A stretch of 56,765 nt of DNA from NCBI GenBank assembly GCA_001724245.1, contig MEDX01000020.1, positions 1-56,765 of the forward strand, given 5' to 3'. Both the position numbers and the translations under genes were made by a program. Each line of letters begins with the position of its first letter. The stretch's first letter is position 1. This DNA is from Fonticula-like sp. SCN 57-25. Lineage: Eukaryota. The notes below the pieces were generated by a model, which was not told the DNA's origin, made no database searches, and saw only the letters and a program-made list of their open reading frames with translations. Shown here one piece after another: positions 33,757-43,800 of this stretch.

Positions 33757-34929
33757 ATGCCGATCGACGCGCTGCACGTAGCAGCGGCGAGCGCCGTGGT
33801 CTCCGCCGTAATGATTCTGAATTGGCAAGTACCGGAAACTATGAATATTACTTCCGTGACCTTTATCATCGAAGAGTTTGACGAGTTCTTGCAGGGGGGT
33901 GCTTCGCTCCCCTCGGTGACGCCGCTGCCGGATGATCAGCTGGCGAGTTCCCTGGCGCTGCTTATCGGCGCCGTGTTGCTTTTGTGGGCGACGCAGAGCT
34001 TGTTCTACTATGTGTTCCCGTGGGCGCAGTCTCATCACGAGACCGTCGAGGACGAAGAGTTTGGATTTACAGTGCGGGAGAGGGTGAAGCAGGTCCGGTT
34101 GGCGGCGGAGGCAAGTGTGCAGGCGGGAGAGCCGGAGGAAGAGGAGGTGGAGAACGAGGAGGAAGAGGAAGAGGAAGAGGAGGGAGAGGATGACCTTTCG
34201 AATAACGACAGGACGCCAACAGTCGCCGATGTCGAGACGCTGTCTCCGGCCCTGTCAACTGCCACCAGCAGCACCGAGACGGACGATGTTCGGCATCGTT
34301 CTTGACACTGTCGCAGTTACTGACATCTTTTGATCTTTAGAGTCGTCTTGCTGTGGAGAAGGAGCTGGAGGAACGGGCGGCGCGTGCCGAGGCACAGCTG
34401 TCGAGGGAAAAGGTGGAATACGGGGACTATGTCCGGGAAAGCAAGGAGCGGATCTCGCACCTGGAAAACGAGATCCTTCGGATGCGGAGGATAATTGACG
34501 AGGAAAGGAGAAACACGACGCGCGAGTCGGCAGAGAAGGAGCGCCTCCTTCAGGAAATTAAGGTGTGCACACACGCAAAGCTTTTGCCCTGCCAGCTAAC
34601 TCTGCTCCGCTAGTCATTGAAATCCAACCCTGTCGTGTACGGGATGGAGGTCGGCTCGACGCCGTCAGTGTACGCCGCCCATCATTCTTTCTTGTATATT
34701 TATTAACAGCTGCGCGGCCAGTAAAAGGTCGGCTTACGCGAGCGTCGACAGCGGCCTGGGCGAGTCCCTCAGCGAGGTGAGCACGCCCCAGCGGGCGGTC
34801 CCCGACGTGGATAACCAGCCGCAGTACAACGACGACGAAGACTACACGGACGACGACGAGGACGAATTTGACGATGGTGAAGTGGAACGCGCGCCGGTCA
34901 TTATGGACCGGTCCTTCCTGTCGCCGTGA
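33757..34929 (+). CDS. Hypothetical membrane protein (two hydrophobic segments, poly-Glu, coiled coil, acidic tail), about 4 exons
   Basis: Frame stays open across three GT-AG introns; TM LALLIGAVLLLWATQSLFYYVFPW; coiled coil EKELEERAARAE...; ends MDRSFLSP*. Confidence 0.6.
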
Positions 34930-35179
34930 TCGACGCGGCCCAGCCGTCGCTAGAATGAAGCATTGATTGTCTCATAAACTTTATACAGTCTCATATAGTT
35001 TTATACATTGTTCTATGCCGACTTTTAGCAGAGAGAGAAAGGAATTTCACAAAGAATGGGAAAGTGGCGAGTAGTGTGCGAGCCGCGCGCGTTGTGGGTG
35101 GACTTGCGCGTTCTTTTGCACTATCACGAAAAAGGGATTGGTTCATCAACACATTTTCCGAGGTGACGAACTAGCTGAT

Positions 35180-35251
35180 GGTTGAATGGTGTAACGGTTA
35201 GCACCCCAGACTCTGAATCTGGTAATCCGAGTTCAAATCTCGGTTCGACCT
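35180..35251 (+). tRNA. trnQ: tRNA-Gln(CTG)
   Basis: GGTTGAA/TTCGACC acceptor stem, A box TGGTGTAACGG, anticodon arm CCAGA-CTCTGAA-TCTGG, B box GAGTTCAAATC. Confidence 0.96.
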
Positions 35252-35268
35252 TCCCAGCGTTTTTCCCC

Positions 35269-35340
35269 GGTTGAATGGTGTAACGGTTAGCACCCCAGAC
35301 TCTGAATCTGGTAATCCGAGTTCAAATCTCGGTTCGACCT
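35269..35340 (+). tRNA. trnQ: tRNA-Gln(CTG), identical tandem copy
   Basis: 72 nt identical to 35180-35251, followed by an oligo-T Pol III terminator. Confidence 0.96.
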
Positions 35341-35694
35341 TTTTTTGCTTTTCTTTTTTTTGTTGGACTTCGCTTGCGGCGTGGCAATTTTTTTCGTTGC
35401 CCATAATTTATGCGGCCATATGAAAAGAGTCTGCCCTTTTTTACAACCATTTTTCATATTGTATGGCCAGTATATTTGGCCATACTGTTTGATATACTGG
35501 CCATACTGTTTGGTATGCTTTCTGAACAAGTGCGACTACAAAATTAATACAATGCCCAGTACCACGTTTCTCTGAAGCGTTCGAGTGTATTATAATGGTA
35601 CAAAGAGAAAACGCGGCCCATAAAGAGGCCTTACCGCCGAAATCCATGCCAAAACCGCGACCAAAATGCAAATAACCAATTTTCGCGAGCCTCT

Positions 35695-37373
35695 CTAAAT
35701 GTCGGAGGCGCCCATCCACTCGCACACGTCGTCCATTGAGAGCGTCAAAACTTCCTCGTCGTCCTCCATCCTGAGCGCCACCACCTGCCGCTCGCGGTCC
35801 TTTTTCAGGATGCGCCCGATGCGCCCGCGCGCCTCTCCCGCGACGCCAATGACGGTGCCGCCCTCTTGCGGGATGCACGTCTCGAGCATGCCCTCCTTGA
35901 CGTCCGGCAGCACCTTGCGGTCGTCGCCGTCGACGCGCACCGCGGCCAGGACGTCGCGACGCTCAAAGACAACGTCCTGTACGACGCCCTTGCAGTTGTA
36001 GTACCGCCCGTTCTTGTAGTCGCGGCTGTTGATCTTGACGCGGAGGTGCGGCCGCAGCCACGTGCCGACGCGGCGCGGCGAAGAGGAGCGGCCGGACGAT
36101 TCGCGGTCGTCCAGGCGGCGAGACTTGCTGCTGCTGCTGCTATTGTGGCTGCTGCTGCTGCTGCTGCTGCTGCCGGTAGACACGACGCGCGCCTGGGATG
36201 ACGAGTCGAGCTGAACGCGGCCGGCCGCTCTAGATGAAAACGTCAGCAAATGGATGGTGAACACGACAATATTACAGCAGCACATCCACTCACAAAACAG
36301 AATCGTATTCCCAAATATATCCTCGCAATATTCCCCCCACACAAATTCCCTTCATGCTATACTATGCCATTTGAGCGCACCTCTGAGCCTCCTGCTGCGC
36401 CTCCCGCGCCTGATACTCGTGCGGCATCATCGCCTCATACTTTCGGATAGTCACCTCCTGCAGCGCGCCTGCGTCAGCTCCCAGCAACCAACAACAACAA
36501 AAAACGCACAGATTCGTTGATTCGCAGCCGCACGACGTACTGCTCTGTCGGCAGGATGGCGCGGACCGTCCCCGCCAGCCCCTTGTGCTCGCCCGACACG
36601 ATGATCACCGTGCTGCCCACGACGACAGACGTCGGCGCGCGCTCCACGAGCTTCTCCCCAACGGTGACTACGTGACGCGTGCGTCCGTCAGCACCCGTCG
36701 CGGCCACGAGCGACCCGCGCGCCGTGCGTGGCGCCTCGATCGGCTTGGGGATCCGCTTCCGCCCGCCGTCGCGGTCCGAGCCGCCGTCGCGATCGCGCGG
36801 GTCCACGTCAGGGCGCGGCGCGGCGCCGAGGCCGAGGCGGTCGGGGCGCGGAACATACTCGACAGGCTTGACCAGGCCACCCCTTTAGCGAGGAAGGAAC
36901 GGGAAGAGAAAGAGAACAAATGTCAGCACTACGATCGGCAACAAAAATAGACGAGGAAAAGAGAGGAAAAGAAATGCGTACTTTTCGTCGTAAACGTTGC
37001 GGCCGACGGCCATCCCCTCTTTCCAGCCCATTCCGCGAAGCAGGGCCACGCCAAACTCCTCGACCGGGATCCGGTTGTAGTCGTCGAGCGTCGCCTCGGC
37101 GGGGCGGAGGCGCACGTCGTGCAGCAGCCGCTCCTTCTCATTCATCGAGGCAACGTCGCCGTCCTCCAGCTTGCTCGTGGCCAGCATCGGGAGCGTCAGT
37201 TTGCTTGACGCATCCCCGGACGAGCCGCCCGTGGACTCTTGGACGATCCGCTGGATGGCCTGGCGCTCCAGAGACTGGTCGGCATCAGAGAACTCGGCAA
37301 GCGGGGCGGGTGCCGAGGGGCGCCCGGGCGCCGACTGCTCGCCGTCCTTTGAAAGTGGGAACGAAACGCTCAT
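35695..37373 (-). CDS. GPKOW: G-patch and KOW domain splicing factor (GPKOW/Spp2/MOS2), multi-exon; start uncertain
   Basis: DYNRIPVEEFGVALLRGMGWKEG, PRPDRLGLGA, KOW VSGEHKGLAGTV, WLRPHLRVKI...GRYYNCKGVV, LETCIP. Confidence 0.92.
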
Positions 37374-37859
37374 TGACGACAGACGCTTGCTGGCCACCCA
37401 GACCAAGCAGACCGACGTTCAAAGGGATGCGCCGAGCGGGCTGCACCGGCCGTTCAAATCCAACAGATATGATGCAAACTGACAGCAGTTTGCATCATTG
37501 ATAGAATGATGCTGGAATGATGAAAGCTGGATGAAAGCACAAGTAAGGTGCGGCGCCCAGCTCTGCCTTTGAGGGCTTGTGTGCGCAAGTGGGGGCTTTT
37601 ATTAAGATAATTCCACTATTACAAGAGGCAGAACCATACACCATAGAGCACCATTGAGCGTCGCATGGTCCCATAAAATCTCATTAAGTGCACTACTATC
37701 AAAGTCTAATGTGGTTTGTGAAAATGTAGCATGGATAGTGGAAATGATATCTTGAATCCGCATTTTATTGGAAACAAACAAACGGTAAACAAATAAATAA
37801 TGCTTCAAAAACAATAACAAGAAAGAATCGCTTTTTACTGCAGGACTCGGTTCACTAAA

Positions 37860-40800
37860 CTACTCGGAATCCTCAGAATCGCTCTCCTCCTCCTCCTCAT
37901 CCTCAGACTCCTCCTCATCCTCAGACTCATCCTCATCCTCCGACTCCTCATCCTCAGAGTCGGTCTCCTCCTCCTCGGAATCAGACTCCTCCTCCTCTTC
38001 CTCCTCCTCCGACTCCTCAGACGAGGCGACGGCGACCTGGGCGGCCTGGAGGGACTGCAGATCATTGTCGCGCTGCGAGTCGGCGGTGTCCTGCTGGGCG
38101 AGCTGCTGCTTCTTCTGGGCGCGCTGGCGGAGAACCTCGTCGCGGCGGCGGGCAGCGTCATCGTCATCCTCAGACTCCTCCTCAGACTCCTCCTCCTCCT
38201 CCTCGTCCTCATCCTCCTCATCATCATACTCCTCCTCATCGTCCTCAGAATCCTCATCCTCAGACTCCTCGTCCTCAGACTCGTCCTCAGACTCCTCCTC
38301 CTCGTCGGAATCCTCATAGTCCTCGTCGTCCGACTCGTCCTCGTCATCGTCATAGTCAGACTCGTCCTCAACGGCGGCGGCCGAAGGAGTGGCGCGGATG
38401 GCGGTGGCGGCAACAACGGGGGCGGCCGTCTTGTTCTGGAGGTGGGACGCGTACGTCGGGGGCGCCTGGTACGGGGGCAGGTCGCGCTTGGGCACCATAA
38501 TGGCACCGCCGGCGACGACGCCAGCCGAGCCATCGGCAACAACCGGGAGGGCCTCCTGGGTCTTGAGGTCGACCGGGCGGGCCTTGGCGCGGCGGAGCGT
38601 GAAGAAACCGGCAATGGCGAGGCCGATCACACCAACGGCACCAACAACGGCGACGGCGGCAATGGCACCAGTCGACAGGCCAGCGGTCGTAGAGGGCTCC
38701 GGCGGGCGGGGCACCGAGTTGACAATGAGCGCAAACTCGGAGAGGTGGTTGCACTGGCAGACAACGCGGTTGCCGGTGACGACATCGAGGTCCACGCGGA
38801 CGGTACGGCAGCCATAGTTGCTGAACGCGTTCTGGCTGGCATCAAAGAACGAGCAGACGGCGCTGACAATGTTGGCAGTGTCGTTGGAACCAGCCTGGAG
38901 AAGCGAAACGGCCGTGTTGTCGAGCTCGAGCGAGAAGGTGAACGAGGCGCCAACATTCGAGTTGATGTCGAGCGGGGTGCCATCGGCATCGTAGAGCGAG
39001 AGCGAGGCAAACTTGTTGTTGACATACGATGTGCCGTTACCAGCGAACGAGTCCGTGAACACGTTGGCGTTGATGGCACCGCACTGGACACCGACACCGC
39101 CCGACGGGAGCAGGGAGCTGTTGGTGAAGGTACCGACAAAGCTCGAGCAGAACTCGGTAGCCGTGGGCGACGCAAGCGAGCACGCGAGCGAAAAGTCGGT
39201 CGACTCGAACGCAACGGGGTTCTGGCCAACGCTAAGGAGACGCGTCTGGCAAGCGCAGGAAGCCGCAACAAACTCGGTGTAGCACGAGGTAAGGTTGGAC
39301 GCCTCGGTACCGTTGAACTCGCCGAGGTTGAAGGCGGTGATCATCGAGCTCTGGATCTTGGACGACGAAATGAACGTGGCCAGATCGTAGCACTCGCCAA
39401 GAGCCTGGGACGTCTCGGACATGGACTTGACAATGTTGCGGGCACCGCAGAAGAAGGTCTCGATATCAGAGAACGTGACATCACCAGCAGTGGCACGCTT
39501 GCGGCGCCTCTCCTGAATCGTGGTCAAGCCCTCGGCAGCCTGAGCAAGCACGTTGGCGACGACAGGGCCAACCTGAGTGTGATCCGGGTTGGGAACGGTG
39601 CGCAGCAGGAAGTCAGAGAGGTTGACAAGCTCCTCGCTCGTGAAAACGTCGGCGAGGTTCACGTTGTTGAGCGAGCTGATGGCGGACAGGACAACAAGCG
39701 GGTCGGTCGTCGTCGAGGAAATGAGATCGTTCATGTAGCCAGTGATCTGAGACGTGGTAACCGGGGTCATGGTAACATCACCGGCAACGACGGTGGCCGC
39801 AGAGCCTGCGGTATCAGTGACGAGGGCGACGCCAGTAGTCACACCGGCCGGCAGGTTGCTGGTGAACACGTTGCCGTAGCCAGGAACCGAGAGAGGCGAA
39901 AGGGCGCCAGAGGCCAGGCGCTGGTTAATCTGGAACGTGTTAAGCAGGGCGTCCGTCGAGAAACCGAAGCAGCCAAAGACCGCCTGCTCGATCGTAGCCT
40001 GGCCGGTGGCCGGAGCAGCGGGCGAGACAACCTGGCAGCGACCAGCGTGGGCGCCGACGGGGAGCGAGAAGCCAAAGGAGAACGCGCGCGACAGCTCACC
40101 ACGAGTAACGTTAAGGCCAACCGCAAAAGCGCCACCGGCCATGAGAGTCGACGGGCCAAACTTGAAGCTCACCGAAGAACCAGAACCCGTGGCAACCAGG
40201 CGGTTGTTCACGTTCGCAACCGTAACGGCGGCCGGCGACGAGAACGACGCCGCAGAGAACGGCGGCGAGTGGTACTGCGCAAGCGACAGGCCAGTCATGG
40301 AAACAGTGATGGTCTCGGTCGAGCCGTCAGTGGACGTGCAGGTAATTCCAGAAGACGCCGAGGACGCCGCAAAGGACGAGGGGGTCATCGAGCAGGACAG
40401 CGGAGCGGTCGACGGAGTACCAAGAGAAATGGTCTGGAACGCGCTGACAGCAACAGGAACATACGGGAGAGCCGCAGGCACGCGGTGCGACAGCGTGAGC
40501 CTCACAGTGATCGGGAAGTTGGCCGGATGAACGGTGGAAAGATCGAGCGAGAACGTCGGCGTGGTCTGGGTAACAAACACGCGAGGGCTCGGGATGTCAA
40601 TGCGGCAAACCTGGCCGTCGACCGACAGGCAAGTCCACGAGAACACATACGTGTCCTCAAGGCTCGCCGCGCCGCGGTACGAAGGATCCGAAATAGTGGG
40701 AACGATCGTGAACGGACCGGCCGAGGCGGTCGTGGCAATGCCGTTGGGCAGCGTGACCGACATCGCGCCACCGGGGAGGGCGGTGAACTCCTTCGACACC

Positions 40801-43800
40801 ACGCGGGTGAGGCCAGTGCCAGCCTGGGTAGCGGTGAACGTCGCGCGGTACGAGCGGAACACAGCGGTAGTGAAGGGCGGCAGGGTGACCATGGTCGAAG
40901 TGGCGCCAGTGAGCGCAACAGGGACAGAGCCGCCACCAGTGATATCAGTCAAGGTCCAGAGGAAAGTGAAGCCACCAGCGGCGACGGTGCAGCCAGGAGT
41001 GGGAACCATGGTGGCCACAAGGTTGCGCGGCTGCGAAGGAACCATGGCGCTGCTGGCCGACAGAGTAAAGGTCGGGAGAGCAGCCGCCTCAACAGCCATA
41101 CGCTGGGTCTGAGTCGAGCGGGCACCGCAAGAGTTGGTGATCGAAACGGAGAAGACAATGACGGCATTCGGGACGAAAAGAGCACCATCCGAGTTGTCAA
41201 GAACGACGTTCTGAGCCTTGTTGGCGGTGGCGGTCGCAAAGAGGGTCGTCAGGCGGGCAATAACGGCCTCCACATCAACGGGCGAGGCGGCGCGCGTCTG
41301 GTCAGCATCGATAACCCACTCCACAGCGGTCGGCGGCAAGCTTCCAAGACCCTGGGTGGCCTCAACACTGATGGGAAGAGTGGAGACGCAAGACGAAACC
41401 GACGAAGGGGCAGAGAGCGAAATGATCGGAAGGCGAGCGCTGTTGGTAGGGTTGACGACAACAGATCCCGACAGGAAATCCGAATACAGGTGCACGCTGC
41501 TCTTGATCGTGTTCTCGCGGAAAGTGAGCACGGAGTTCTGGGTCAGCGGGGTATCGACACCGTTCTCCAGAGTGGCAGTCGCAAAGCTCGAGTTCGACAT
41601 AATAAAGAGCGTGGTCGGGCTCAAGAACACCGACTGGCAAGCGGAACCGAAAGGAAGCACGGCGTTCGGCGGGGCGATCGAGGTAAGGTTCAGGATAGAA
41701 TCGCAGTCGATCCAGCCGGAAGTCGTGGTGCCAGAGGCAATGGTGACGGCCTGGTCAAAGAGAACGACAGCTCCACTGCAGGTGTCGACCATGTTCGCCT
41801 GACGAATGCCAGCAGCGTTGCGGAAATACGTAACCGCGACCTCGATGGGACCAGCGGTGGGGATGACAGCCTCCGCGTTGTAAACATTGCCGATAGCAAC
41901 CTGCACAAAGATGTAGTCCGAAATGGACGAATAGGCAATCTCGCAGACAAGGTTTCCGCCGGTAAAGGTAGCAACCGTCGGGAAGACAATGTTGCCGGGA
42001 ACGAGCGGCGAGGCGGCATACGCAGTAGCAGAGGCCGGATCGGCAAGCGCGGCCGGGGGCAGATGGTACCAGCACTTGGTGGGCTGGCCAAAGCTAGCCT
42101 GAGAATCAAAGAAGTGATCACCCTCCACCGTCATCATCATATTCGAAGTGGAAATGTACGACTTGACGTTGAAGGTGCTGATCTGCGCTCCGTTGACGTT
42201 CACGCTCGTGATAGAGGTACGATCAGACATGATAGTCAACTTGGTGGTAGCGGTCGTGTTGGTGGAGACCGGGTCGTAAACGTAAACGTCAAACGACACA
42301 AGGGGCGTAGGGCGGGCAAAAGCGCGCGCCCACTGAACCTGCATAAGCGACATGCTGGTGCGAAGAACAGTAAGGCCATCGGTGCTGCCATTGACAAAGA
42401 CAACCGACTGAGAATTGAAGCCACCGCCGATAACCTCGAAGAAGTACGAGTGCTCCGGGTTGTACTTGATGGCCACGGGAGAAACCGAGATCAAGGCGAA
42501 GCAGTTGGTCGAGTTACCAAAGCCAAAGCACTCGCCGCACGCGTCATAGCCGGTCTCAGGATCGAGGTCGGGGCGAGTGATCGAGGCAAAGAGCTGACCG
42601 TTGCAAGCCTGGCACGGGCAGTCAGGGTTGACCTCGAACGGCGACTTGACCGCGTCGCGGTAGTCATCCACAGACTGCTGAGTACAGGCGCCGCCGCAAA
42701 CGTTGCAGAGATCGGTGACGACCGGGGTGTTGGTGCAAGTCTGCGTGCAGTCGACAGTCCAGCTGAAGTACTCGGGGTTCTCGGGGCACTGACCCTTGCA
42801 GTTGAGAATATCAGAGTTGGCGCTGTAGCAAGCACCGCAAATGAAAACCTCGCCGACAGCGCAAGGAATCTCGGTCTGGGTCGGAATGGCAGTGGTGGTA
42901 GCCGCCTCGGTGGTGGTCACAACGGCAGTGGTGGTCACAACGGCAGTGGTGGAGACGACCTCGGTAGTAGTGGCAGCAGCCGTGGTGGAAATAACCTCAG
43001 TCGTCGTGACAACGGCGGTCGTGGTGATCAGGCTGGTCGAGTTGGTAACCTCGGCGAAGCGGCGGTCCACGTCGCGAGCAAAGAACTTGTCGCGAGTGTA
43101 CTGGAGCAGAGCCTGGTGGTCCTCGTCGAGCTGCCAGCTCTCCTGCACGTACGCGCGCATGAAGCGAGCCTGGTTGGCCTTGAGGTCGGTCGTCATAGAC
43201 ATCGACGTCTCGTGGGCGCGGTACCAGTGGAGCGGCTCGGAAATGGTCTGGAGGTTGTGCTTGCGGAGAACAACGCGGGCGAGGAACTCGTAATCCTCAA
43301 AACCAACACCATAGTCCTCCGAGAAACCGTGCATCGAGCGGAAGAAGTCGGTCTGGACGAGCATGGCAGAGTCACCAAACACGTTCTCGAGCATACCGGC
43401 CAGCGAGGCAGCACCAACCGGGACGTAACGCTCAATGACAGACGAGGAGGACGGGACGCCAGCACCGTTGAAGAGGTCGTGACCGGAAGTAACCACATCA
43501 GCCTGGGTGCGAAGGGCAACACGGAGCATCGTCTCGATCTGGTGGGGCTTGGCGAAATCGTCATCGTCCATAAACAGAACGAAGCGACCCTTGGCCTGGC
43601 GGGCACCAGTGTTACGGGCAGCACCGAGGTAACGGTTGGGCTCACGGAGGACCTTCCAGTTGCGCTCCTCATACCACTTCCACGAGAGGTCGTTGAGGTA
43701 AGTGATGGCGGCGGGGTCATCCGAGCCGTCGTCAACAAGAATCACCTCAAAGTTCGTGAACGTCTGTGCCTCGAGCGAAGCAATAGCCTGCTTCAAAAGC

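Noticed and set aside
35180-35340. Direct repeat as a CRISPR array or LTR pair
   Set aside because: Both copies fold as complete tRNA-Gln; only two units, eukaryotic context, no cas or retroelement genes.
36126-36172. (GCT)n trinucleotide run
   Set aside because: Encodes an ordinary poly-Ser low-complexity linker in GPKOW.
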